Assembly (NCBI RefSeq): GCF_963921235.1
Contig: NC_086126.1
Location: forward strand, 18,662,001-18,726,000
DNA from: Mobula hypostoma
Lineage: Eukaryota
DNA: 64,000 nt
Reading direction: 5' to 3'
Numbering within the stretch: the stretch's first letter is position 1; every line of letters starts with the position of its first letter. The notes below the pieces were generated by a model. It was not told where the DNA came from and did not search any database. It worked only from the letters and a program-made list of their open reading frames with translations. A program made the position numbers and the translations under genes. This document shows positions 11,545 through 23,389 of the stretch, one piece after another.

Positions 11545-12445
11545 TGCAAACACGAGGAAATCTGCAGATGCTGGAAATCCAAAGTAACGCACATAACATG
11601 CTGTAGGAACTCAGCAGGTCAGGCAGCAGCTATGGAAAAGAGTAAATAGTTGACGTTTTGGGCTGAGATAGTTAATATGGACTGGAAAGATAGAGGTCAG
11701 ATTAAGAAGGTGAGGAGAGAAGGAAGAAATACAAGGTGGTAGGTGATAGGGGGTATGGTGGTGGGGTGAAGTAAAGAGCTGGGAAATTGATTGGTGAAAG
11801 AGATAAAGGGATTGAGGAGGGACATGAGATAGTAATGGATAGAAGACCATGAAAGAAAGGATGAGGGATGGGTAAGGAGATAAGGTAAGAGAAGGAAACA
11901 GGAATGGAGAATTAGGAATGCTAATGGAGAGGAGAGGGCAATTACCAGATGTCTGAGAAATCGGTGTTCATGCCATCAGGTTGAAGCTTACCTAAACGGA
12001 ATATAAGGTGCTGCTCCTCCAACTGGAGTGTGAATTCTTGGTGGTAATAAAGGAGGCCATGGTCTGACATGTCGGAATGGGAATAGAGGGTAAAACTGAA
12101 ATGAGTAACCACAGGGAGATCCCACTTTTTCTGCCGGATGGAGCGAAGATTCTTGACAAAACGGTATTCCAATCTACATCAGGTTTCTCTGATATACAGG
12201 ATGCTACACCATGACCACTGGATACGGTCGGCAACACCAACATCCTTGCAGGTAAAAGTGTCTCCTCAGTCTTCTTGGGGCAATGAAAAGTAGTGAGGGA
12301 GGTGGTGTAGGGGCGGGTATGGCACTTGCTCCGTTTGCAAGGATAAACACCAGGAGGGGGATCAGTAGGGAGCAACAAGTGGACATGGGACTCGCATGGG
12401 GAGCAATCGCTGCAGAAAGCGGAGATTGAGGGTGGAGGAGGGGAG
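11545..12445 (-). mobile_element. Penelope-like element 3' part (GIY-YIG endonuclease remnant) inserted in the ERV LTR
   Basis: ORFs 11992-12378 (PGVYPCKRSKCHTRP) and 11942-12172 (YRFVKNLRSI...LEEQHLIFRLGKLQPDGMN), followed by the common GATGCTGCCTGACCTGCTGAGTTCC-type terminus. Confidence 0.85.
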
Positions 12446-13639
12446 AAAGATTACCATTTGGTCATTATCAGTCTCCAAATAAACAACTCTGTAAAAAATG
12501 GCATTTCTTTGTTCAAACTTCATAACAGTTTGGTTCCGAGGCCATGTTGTTCTCCTTCTGCACAGGTAACTGAGGTTTGATTGAAGAACGAGGGCGAGTT
12601 TTCAGATTCCAGCTAATGGTGGTGGTGGACAAATGGAGTTTCCTCCGGGACACCGAACCTTTGACTTAGCTGTACAAGAGAAATTAATTCAGCCCCAGTA
12701 GCCGATCAGTCCTCACACAGAATTCCTCTTGTGGGAAGTAGTCCATCACCTTTGTCAAATGTGGGAAAGCTGCAACAGTAAAACAGGAGCATTAGATGGG
12801 CTTGGATCAGGTGAGTGAACAGGCTGGATCCCATGAGTCGATGGGACAAGAGGTTGCCTCATGCTGCAGTGAATCCCATTGGTGCATGATGGATAGAGAA
12901 TTCCTCGGGATGGATTCGATCCCATGATGTATGAAAGAAGCGATTGAGTGAGAAAGTGAATTCTGAAGTATGAGTGAGTGCCTGGATTGTGTGTCTGAAT
13001 GGTCACGTGAGAGTCCCTGTCCTGGACATCAGCAGGACTCCGGTGGCGTGTGTGTTGCACGTTGTGGAGTAGAAAATAGGAAATATGTTGAGAAGTGGGT
13101 GGAATGGAAGAAGCGAGTGCCTGCAGGAGTACAGATATAAAAGGAAAATGGGAGAAAGCTAGCAGATACCGTGTGATTGTTTACTGGAAGAGCGAAATGC
13201 AAAACATAGCGATATGATTCCCGCAGTAAGAGGAAAAAATATGAACTAAAGTTGGAGAATGAAAAGGCACAGAAAGAGCAGTCTACCTCAGTGTTTAACA
13301 AGAAACAACTTGTAGCAGAGTCTGAGGAGCAAGTAATGTTTATAACCCTCTGCACCCCTGCCTCCCACAGGCACAGTAACAACAAAGCCCACCCCTCAAT
13401 TGTACTGAGTTTGAATCTGTTTACCACTTCGATAAGAAGATTAGAGCTGTGAAGGGAGCACTGGACCGCACTGCCCAGTGAAATCACACTTGCCAATGGA
13501 ACTGCTTTGAACCATGGCCATAAACTTCTCATCATGGACTGCATAAATCCTCAGCTCTGAAGCTGCTTCATGAGGATGAGGGTGAAGTTTGTTACTGCAA
13601 CTACGGGGTGATGGGATCAGATTTAGGTAATAATACGTG

Positions 13640-14200
13640 TAATCCCGATGTCACCAGTGATCCTGCAACTTCTGTTAATGACATTTACAGTATTGGCTGG
13701 CAGGCCTACTGTTGTTTGCCAAGGGTATCCCTTTGCCTTTAAATGGAATATTTTGCCTGAACAAGAGCTGTCAAGCGGTTATTGTTCTTTGGTGTATGTA
13801 GCAGCGAATACGTAACACCTGCCAGCATTGACTCATGAGGAGAATAATGAGCGTTACTGGATTGTAGTGTTCCTGTTCTGGAGACCTACCAGACGGACAC
13901 GTGAGGTCATCGGTATGGCCCCAGTGTTGCAGTAATTGGCTAGCAACATTGCTATAGTGCTACATGATACAAGTCTGGTCACCAATGACATTTCTAACAA
14001 AATGGCAGCAAGCTGCAATGTGGTCTTTCAAAACTGACCAGAATTAAACTTTATGTTGGCTGATAGGGGAGGTAGTTGTGCCATCATTGGTTGGAATGAT
14101 GCACAAACATCCTTGCTATATGTGAGAACATCACCAACTTTAGCCATGAAGATCCCATGTGAAGCAATTAAGGTTAAGAAGTTTGGGCAGGAGAGACATG
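13640..14200 (+). pseudogene. env: Retroviral env (gamma-type TM) remnant
   Basis: 14022-14105 translates to VFQN*PELNFMLADRGGSCAIIG, matching the immunosuppressive domain LQNRxxLDxLLAxxGGxC. Stops and frameshifts are present. Confidence 0.75.
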
Positions 14201-15104
14201 CCACTCTATCATCACCTTTGGAAGTCTACTTATTAGCTTCACTCCCTGCTCGGAAGTTTGTGCAACTCGAGTGTACAGTGGGCAAGGGTTATTTTCTTGC
14301 TGGTTTTGACATTTGTGCTACTCTCCTGCCTGAAATCACTCTGTGTAGTAATGGTGCAAATAACAGCTGCCTCCATTACAGTTCAACAACCCTCCTCTTC
14401 AGATAGTCCCTGAGGAGAGCCGAATTCTCTGTGCAAATCAACTGCAGCCACAATCCATGTTGTCATTTACGAGGGAAGGGAATTGGGGAGTGTAGAAGTT
14501 ACAGCAAGTCAAGTTAATGTAGCGCCTTGGCAAAGGAAGATTTCAGATAGTGTTCAGGCAACCTCGGCAACAAAGGTCGTTAAAGAGCCTGCTTCCCCTT
14601 TGCATACCAAAACAAGATGAGGTTGCAAAGGACGAGTTCTAGGAACATTTAATATTGGTCACAAATAAGAGAAATCTCCAGGTGCTAGAAATGGAAATCC
14701 AAGCAAAACAAAAAATGCTGAAACGTCTCGGCAGGCCAGGCAGCCTCGATGGAAAAAAATAAACGGTCGACGTTTCGGACCGAGACTCTGCATCAGGACT
14801 GATATTGGTCAGTTCCTTTACTGAGGTGGTGGGACCATGTGGGAGTTGATATCTGACAACAATAATGTGTTCGGAGTGATGGACTCCGTCACAGAGTGTA
14901 ACAACGAATGCTGATGAGATACAGACTCTCGGATAATATTTGAGGAAAGAAGTTGAACACAACGTCGCTCTCTTCTCGGATCTACATTCTCGAGCTCACA
15001 GCAGCCGGGATATCCACCTTTCCAATATCCAAAGAAATGATCACTTCAAAACCGAATTCCTTGTCCGCATTTACTTTTTGAAGTTACATAATCAGTTAAA
15101 TGGA

Positions 15105-16409
15105 GATGACCATGTGCAGTCAAGGTGTTTCAATTGATTGTAGTACACCTGTAAGTGGAAGGTCGAACTGCTGGTGAGTCAGTATCCTGGGAGAAACTAC
15201 ACCGTGAAGACAAATTAACACTCCGAGCTGCTCTGCAAAAAAGTAATTGAAAAACACAAGCCAGGAGATGGATACAAGAAAATTTCAAAGTCACCGAATG
15301 CCCTTGGAATATAGTTAAGTCACTGATCCAGAAGTGGGAAGAATATGGCACAGCTGTAAATCTGCCAAGATCAGGGAATCCTCAAAAACTGAGTGGCCAT
15401 GCAAGAAGGGGCCAGTGAGGGAGGCCACCAAGAGACCTATGATAACTCCAGAGGAGTCACAAGCTTCAGTTGTGGGAGAGATTGTGCATACATCAACTGT
15501 TGCCCGTGTATTTCACCAGTCTCAGCTTTATGGGAGAGTGGCAGAGAAAAAGCCACTGTTGAAAAATGCTCTCATGAAATCTTGCCTGAAGTTTGCCAGG
15601 ATTGTGGGGGACTCTGAAGTTAGTTGGAAGAAGATTCTATGTTCTGACGAAAACAAAATTGAATTTTTTGACCATCACAAACACTAAGTTTGGAGTAAGC
15701 CTAACACCACACAACATCAAAAACACACCATCCCTACCGTGAAGCATGGTGGAGACTGCATCATCCTGTGGGTATGCTTCACTGTAGCAGGCCATGAAAG
15801 GCACATAAAGGTAGAGGGTAAAATGAACGCAGCAAAATACAGGGAAATCCTGGAGGAAAACCTAATTCAGTCTTCAAGTGAACCTCGACTTTTGAGAAAA
15901 TTAATTTTCCAGCAAGACAATGACTGCAAGCATAAAACCGAAGCTGCACAGGAATGCTTTAAAACAACAAAGTTAATGTCATGGAATGGCTTTGTGAGAG
16001 TCCAGACCTCAATCCAATTGGGAATTTGTGGCTGGACTTGAAAAGATCTGTTCACTCACCAACCCATGCATTCTGACAGAGCTTCGGCAGTTTTGTAAAG
16101 AAGAATGGGGAAAATTGCAGTGTTCAGATGTGCAAAGCTGATAGACACCTATCCACACAGACTCAACTGTAAATACTGTCAAAGGTGCACCAACTAATTA
16201 CTGATTTGGAGGAGATGAATGCAAAGGCAATGAATTATTTTGTTTCATATCTACAATTAATTTAGATCACTTTGTAGAGATCTGTTTTCACTTTGACACA
16301 GTGGAGTCTTTTCTGTTGATCAGTGTCAAAAAAGCCAAATTAGATCCATTGCAAAACAGTAAAACATAATAATTTCTAAGGAGACTGAACATTTTTTATA
16401 GGCACTATA
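15105..16409 (+). mobile_element. Tc1-like DNA transposon, decayed, left end missing
   Basis: Transposase fragments WKKILCSDENKIE, KHGGDCIILWVCF, IFQQDNDCKH and SPDLNPI. Right TIR-like TTTTTATAGGCACT followed by TA. Confidence 0.92.
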
Positions 16410-16614
16410 TCCACTCCTTCACCAGCACGTTATGAACAAATCCACCCTGCTCCTTTCCATTTTGCTGATTCCGTGTGGAATATTGAATATTGTGGAATGT
16501 CGAATTCTCAGTCCCAGTCTCTGTAACCATGTCCCTGCAGCAGCTGGTAGATCAAACATATTCACCAGTATACAATATGGAACAGATGGCAACCTGCCCT
16601 TCGGCCCACAATAT

Positions 16615-19600
16615 CTGTGCCAATCATAATAATGATCAGACTTTATAAAGTACTGGGGAGGTCTCACCGGAGTATCTTGAGCAGATTTGGGCCCTTTTTC
16701 TCATGAAGGATGGGCTGAAACTGGATTGCTTTCAAAGGAAGTTCTCCAGATTGATTGCAGGATGAAACAGGTTGCCACATGAAGAGTGTTTGATGGCTCT
16801 GGGCCTGTATTCACTGGAATTTTTGAACAATGAGGTGTGGCCCAATTGAAACCTATCGAAGTGTGAAAGGCAATGATAAAGTGGATGTGCAGAAGACGGG
16901 AGTGTCTAATATCAGGACACAGCCTCGGAATAGAGGAGCATCCTTGTAGAATGTGGAGATGAAGAATTCCTTTAACCAGAGAGTGGTGAATCTGTGGAAT
17001 TCATTGCCAAAGGAAGCTGTCAAGCCAGGACTTTATGTATATTTAAGGCAGAGGTTGATTGATTCTTGATTGGTCAGAGTATGAAGGGATACAGGGGAAA
17101 GGCAGGACACTGGGGCTGAGAGGAAAAAATGGATCAGCCATAAGGAAATGTCAGAGCAGACTTGATGGGCCAAATGGTCGAATTCTGCTCCTATATCTTA
17201 GTCTGTGTCACCTCCTCAGAAACCTCAATCAATTTTATCAAGCGTGATCTGCCCACACAAAACCATGTTGATTGTCCCTAAGCAGGCCATGCCTTTCTGA
17301 ATGTGCATAAATCCTGGACCTCAATATCCTCCCCAGAAGCTTCTCTACCACTGAGATGAGGCTGCCTTGCCTATAGATTCCTGGATTCTTGTTATTTCCC
17401 TTCTTGATCAAAGCTGCAACATTTGCGACACTCCAGTCCTGTGGGTCCTCACGTGTTGTGATCGAGGACACATAGATCCTTGTCAAATCCCCAGCAATCT
17501 GCTCACTTGTTTCTTTCACTATTGCAGGATATATGCCTTCAGGCCTGGAGTCTTATCCATCTCATTGCTTCTCAGACGTCCCAGCACAGCCTCCTCCTTA
17601 ATCTCAACACCTCTCTGCACATTAGCATGTCTCACTCTGTTTTCATTGTCATTCAATTCCTTCTCCTCATAATTACTGACACAACATACTCATTTAGTAC
17701 CTCAGCCACTTGGTCTGACTTCAACCACAACATTCCTCCTTTAATCTTGAGTCGACCTTTCCATTCTCTGTTTATCCTCGCCTCATTAATACAAATCACA
17801 AGGCCTTGGGATCATCTTTGGTCCCACTCCACAAGGACAGTTTGTGGCCCCATTTGGCCTTTCCTATCATCTACTTTAGCATTTCCCTGCTATCTTAATA
17901 TTCCAAAGGTACCCAGTCTGACTTTAGCTTCACAAACCTTCCATATCATTCTGACTAAATTTAGGATCTCTCTGCTCATCCGAAGTTCCCTTACTTACCA
18001 TCCTTCTCCTCACTCCTCACCGGAACATGCTGATCCTGAACTCAGAGTTGCTGGTCTTTAAACAACTCCCACGTCAGATGTGGACTTGTCTGACAGTGGC
18101 TGCTCCCAATCAATGCCCCTTGGTTCCTGTCTTCCTCCGTCCTGACTTGCCCTCCTGCAATTTAGTACCTTCATACAAGATATAATTTTATTCTTACTCG
18201 TAACTTTAAATAAAGTTGTGATCACTGTTCCCAAAATGTTCGCTGACTCTTGGCTGTCGGTTGGCCTGGCTCATTTCCCAAAACTAATTCCCATCTGTTC
18301 TCAGCTCTGCTTGGGACCTGTACATAAGGTTTCAAACACTCCTCGGATTCACTGAACAAATCTTGTGCATTTGAGCAAGATCCAGTCATTTGCAGGGAAG
18401 ATGAAGTCCCTCACTATGACAACCCTGTTGTTCTGCACCTCTCCATAAGCATCAACATATCCGATCCTCCACCTCCCGGTGGTTATTGGGGACCAATACG
18501 ATAATCCCATCAGTGTAACTGCAGATTGCCTCTGTAGATGAGCCTTCCAGTTTGCTGTGACATTCCCAGTGGGGTAACCTCTGCATCTTTTACCCCCCAC
18601 TCACATGTAAAACAATCAAACCCAGGAATGTTGAGCTGCCAGCCCTGTCCCTCTGCTAACGTAATACTCGTAGTGTTGAAATAAACTCATTTCAGCCCAT
18701 CAGCCCCACCGTGTTTATTGGCCTCACATTGGCTGTCGTTCATTTCAGACTGTCTTGTCATACATACATTCTCCCACTTGCTACTCTAGTTCAAACTCTG
18801 CCAAGTGACACCATCAAACCTCTTGACGAAAATGTTGGTTCCCCTCCTGTTCAGATGCAAATGGCTTTGTTTGTCCCGGTCTCCCACCTACCTGGAAGGG
18901 TGCCCATTGATCCATGAAGATCTCCCTCCCGCATCAGTTCCTCAGCAACAAATTAAACTGCATACAATATCGATTTCCCACCAAACAGCCACATGCTTTG
19001 CATCGTAATACAATCCTGAAAGTCCTGATTTTTTTAACCTTGTTCCCGAAAATCACTTTGCAGGAACTCATCCCTACTCGTTTAAACACTTCCGTGTAGC
19101 ACGAAGGAGGCTCCCCGGAAACATATTGGCTCCCCTCCTCCTTGGACCCGTCTCTCGTTTCCCTTGAGACCCAATGATCCTTGTACCTGAAGACCCACCC
19201 ACCTCGCACCAGCTCCTCAGCCACCCCTTTACCTGGGCTTTAGAAGCGCGGTCTATATATCTGGTCATGTATCCTGTTCCTGTATGTGACCGGTCTTTCA
19301 TTTCCCTGGCGACCCAGAGGAACAATTGTTCTAATGAATCAACCCTCTCATCACTGGAAGTGACCGCACCCTCGCCCACCAGCTGCTGTGCCTGAGGGCG
19401 CTCGCACTGGTCGTGGGGCCGGTGGGATAGATGAGGTCCTCGGGGATTTGTAGAATGGAAAAACAGTTCCTATAATTTAAAGCAGGAGAATCGGTAAATT
19501 CCCAGAAATCCTCCAGTATGTACGTGGTGCGTGAGGGAGTTTTGTTTTTAGCTGGAGCGCTTTGTGTCGGATGAATCGTTGGAAATTGGCGGTTGTGGTA

Positions 19601-19709
19601 AAGTGAAGGCGGAGCTGGACGATGAGAGGCCGCTCTCGGCTCTGTCCGTCACTCTGACTCTGTCTCCTCCCCTCCCCGCCTCTGTCCCTCTGCGCGTTTC
19701 TCGGGCAGG
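16615..19709 (+). repeat. Inverted segmental duplication, copy A (CR1 debris plus H4 upstream region)
   Basis: Reverse complement of 43444-46546. ORF pairs 17480/45098, 18711/44242, 19564/43401 and 16419/46494 are nearly identical on opposite strands. Confidence 0.95.
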
Positions 19710-19722
19710 TCGGGGCGCTGTG

Positions 19723-19729
19723 TATAAAA
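19723..19729 (+). promoter_or_regulatory. H4 TATA box
   Basis: TATAAAA about 60 bp upstream of the H4 ATG. Confidence 0.75.
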
Positions 19730-19774
19730 GGAGACAGCAGCAGGCAGTTTGTCAGTGAGCAGCGACCTGAGTGA

Positions 19775-20095
<321 letters not shown>

Positions 20096-20128
20096 AAAAC
20101 TCCCACCTCCTCCCGAGCACAAAACAAA

Positions 20129-20144
20129 GGCTCTTCTAAGAGCC
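20129..20144 (+). terminator. Histone 3' stem-loop (H4)
   Basis: AAA-GGCTCTTCTAAGAGCC-ACCCA. Confidence 0.95.
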
Positions 20145-20517
20145 ACCCACCGCCTCACAGACGGAGCCGTATCCACAGACTTTTAGGTATTTTTAATTTT
20201 ATACTCAGCTGAGTTGCATTTGAAACAGATTGATCGGTTCCACTTGAAACATACTGCAATTCTGCCTTTCCAGTCGGAGATTACCGCAAAACCTGTATTA
20301 GAATTGATCTTACTCCTCTTATAAGTTCCGAACAGAAATCAGTTCACTCGTTCAGAGAACTACTCCGTATTTGTGCATTTAAATCTTAACTGAGGAAATT
20401 AGATATTAAATGAAACTGAAATTATATAATCCGACATACAATTAATTGTAAATAAAATGTAATCAAGCACCGTTGCTGGGTGCTCTGAAATTGGCGGGCG
20501 ATTTTAAATAATTCTGC

Positions 20518-20693
20518 GCCAATCACACTGCATGAATGAAATCCGACCGCCGGTCAGTTTCCTATTTTGTCGTAAATTGTTATTCGCCCCCAGCCTGCAG
20601 GAAATGAATCAACCAATCGCAGTAAGGAACCTTAATAGACACCTGGTTCAGCCAATCAGAGCTGATGGAAAGACCCTTTCCAACAGTATAAAA
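20518..20693 (+). promoter_or_regulatory. H3 promoter (three CCAAT boxes plus TATA)
   Basis: CCAATC at ~20519, ~20613 and ~20652; TATAAAA 20687-20693. Confidence 0.8.
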
Positions 20694-20757
20694 TCCTGTC
20701 CCGGAGTACGTTTCGTCTATCTTGTTCCTGTATTTCAGCCTGTGTTCTCAGTTCTGA

Positions 20758-21174
<417 letters not shown>

Positions 21175-21203
21175 ACCCGGTCTCCGCAACAAACGGAAGA
21201 AAA

Positions 21204-21219
21204 GGCTCTTTTAAGAGCC
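21204..21219 (+). terminator. Histone 3' stem-loop (H3)
   Basis: AAA-GGCTCTTTTAAGAGCC-ACTAC. Confidence 0.95.
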
Positions 21220-22026
21220 ACTACCACAGCAAAGGAAAAGGTTGTCGCTTGCTGATCATTGTATTATTGTAGTGGCGATCTGCCTTCTTGATGGGGTTGT
21301 TCGGTTTTGCACTGACTGACCGCGATCATCAGCTGTTCTGTGCCGATAGGTTAATTCAGCGAGGGACAGGAGATGAACGCGCTCCCTCCCAGTCAGTGTC
21401 TCACCTGGCCCTTCACTTCTCCCACAAACCTGCCATGAACAGCTGCTGCAGCTGTTACCGTTTTGTTTGCTTCGGACATGTCCGGCTGTCCTTGGAGTGG
21501 GAGCATGCGGTCGCGATGGGTACAGAGGGAGATTTCCGAGAGCGGTAATTATATATTTTTGATTTTTCTCTTGTAAATGTTGTGTAAATAAACTTTTGTA
21601 GATGGTACCTGATTGAAGGTCAGTCGGCAAAGTCGCCGGGTAGTTTAGCATATATCTTCCCCCTGCAGTCCATCCCCAGAGACAGATCCGTCTCTCAAGA
21701 CGCCCCCTCCCCTCTCACATAGGTTTCAGCAGTTCCCAATCAACTCAGCTGAATCGGGCTTTGTGATGCGAGGCGCAGAATCTCAGTCACGCTCTCCTGG
21801 AGCGGGAGAAGGAACTGGGCCTGCAGACCACCCCACCGGTCTCTCACACACACACAGCCCGAGTGAAACGCAGTGTTTCACTTCAAATCTGGGACGTCAC
21901 GGCCGCACTGAATGTCAGAGGTACCGGGAATATCGGGTTTTATGCGAGAAGTTCCCCCGCAAAACTCATTCAGAACCGGCGCGGTAATCACAATATTGAT
22001 GATCAGCTCTTTTCTGAGATGTGGGA

Positions 22027-22042
22027 GGCTCTGAGAAGAGCC
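22027..22042 (-). terminator. Histone 3' stem-loop (H1) with downstream HDE
   Basis: Minus strand GGCTCTTCTCAGAGCC-TCCCA, then AAAAGAGCTG. Confidence 0.92.
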
Positions 22043-22079
22043 CTTGGGTTCAAACACTTAACAAACGGTATATCTCAAT

Positions 22080-22541
22080 TCACTTTTTGACTGCTGTCCT
22101 CTTGGCCGCCTTCTTCGGGGCTGCGAGTTTCTTGGGCTCTTTGGCTTCGGCGCCGCTAGTTTCTTCGCTGCCGCTTTCTTAGCCGCTGGTTTCTTGGCGC
22201 CAGACTTCTTGCTGGGAGATTTCATGACCGGATTTAAAGGATCCCGAAAGACCCGCGCCCTTGGTCTGAACCAAGGAGCCGCTTTCCACTCTCTTCCTGA
22301 TGCACATCCTGATCTGGGCGCGACGTTTCCCCACATCGACACCGCTGCTGGTCAGAGCCTTCATGATGGCCACAGCGGACATACCCTTCCTATCGCGACA
22401 ATCCGCCACAATCTTATCGATTTGTTCGCCCAGCTTGGGACCGGCTGGTTTGCTCCGGCCGGCCGCCTTCTTCTTGGGACTCTTCTTTGCGGCGGCGGGT
22501 GCGGCTGCAGGAGCCGTTTCGGCGGGTGCTGTCTCGGTCAT
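22080..22541 (-). pseudogene. H1: Histone H1 with two frameshifts in the C-terminal tail (120-aa ORF 22179-22541; ancestral stop 22080-22082)
   Basis: N-tail TETAPAETAPAA and globular domain ending GSLVQTKGAGLSGSFK. The Lys/Ala/Pro tail continues in another frame (KSPSKKSGAKKPAAKK), and the end PKKAAKRTAVKK* is back in the starting frame beyond a premature TAA. Confidence 0.9.
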
Positions 22542-22614
22542 GTCGGCGACTCTGAAAAATCCTTCTCACAATCAGACTGAATGAGAAATGAAGCGAAAGG
22601 CGGCGATACAGAGC

Positions 22615-22690
22615 ATTTTAAAGGCAGAGAGCGGACGGGGCGGAGACATCCTGCTGTCAGCTCCCGGAGATTTCATTTTTCTGTGTTTCT
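22615..22690 (-). promoter_or_regulatory. H1 promoter: H1-box (AAACACA), GC box, TATA-like TTTAAAA
   Basis: Plus-strand TGTGTTT 22682-22688, GGGGCGG ~22637-22644 and TTTTAAA ~22616-22622. Confidence 0.75.
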
Positions 22691-23090
22691 CTCTCCTCAA
22701 AAACTCTCCGATTCCAATTAAAATCGGACACTCCGGGGACTCGGACTGGTCCCTGTCTGTCACTGAGGCCGCAAAGTTCGCTGGAAAGAGAGTTTAATCG
22801 GGATTAAAGGCAGCACTTTCTATCTTAACCCGTTTCATTACTGCACTGCCCGCGATCTCTCTCCATTTTGTTGACCTGTTCTCTGCTTTTCGGCTGAAAT
22901 TTTGAGACTAACTAAAACTTTGCGGTTAATTCCCGCTTCGGGACTGAGCTGGGGAGTGGGGCCATCCCGTAACAGAGAAATCTTTTCTTTTTGTACAGGA
23001 GGCGCTGGGAAATCCGGCGATGTGTTCGGACCCACAAACACAGTGATACTCGTCTAATCCACCCGCCGCTTTAAAACACTGTCTCTGAAT

Positions 23091-23245
23091 CAGCAAGTCA
23101 GGCAGCATCAATGGTGGGAATAAACAGTCGACATTTCGGGCCGAGACCCTCCATCAGGACTCTGGTGGGAGATGCTGCCTGACTTGTTGGGTTCCTCCAG
23201 CATTTTGTCCGCGTTGTTCGCGATTCCCAGAATCTCTTGACGTTA
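23091..23245. mobile_element. Short Penelope-terminus fold-back with degenerate hammerhead
   Basis: CAGCAAGTCAGGCAGCATC ... GATGCTGCCTGACTTGTTG inverted arms. Minus strand AGTC-CTGATGG-AGGGTCTCGGCCC-GAAA-TGTC-GACTG. Confidence 0.7.
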
Positions 23246-23389
23246 TGCTGACACAATGTTCACATCTCAACCTTCAGAGGCCTGTACTGCTGTCAGAATA
23301 AAACGACAGGTTCCTCGTCATATAACACGGTGATAAATCTGATTCTGATTCCAAGGAATAAGACAAAGGACATTGTCTGGCCAAACTCT

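Larger units (their letters stand above)
11232..14610 (+). mobile_element. Old endogenous retrovirus relic: two diverged LTRs, env remnant, no recognisable gag/pol
   Basis: 11245-11340 resembles 14500-14600 (TTTCAGATAGTGT.CAG.CAA.CTCGGCAA.AAAGGTC). Purine tract 14471-14490 is followed by TG. AATAAA ~12478 and ...CA then TGG at 12526-12533 suggest an LTR end and PBS-like site. Confidence 0.7.

Noticed and set aside
22002-22016. U7 snRNA gene (CAGCTCTTTT resembles the U7 5' end)
   Set aside because: It is the reverse complement of the H1 histone downstream element. No Sm site or U7 hairpin follows.
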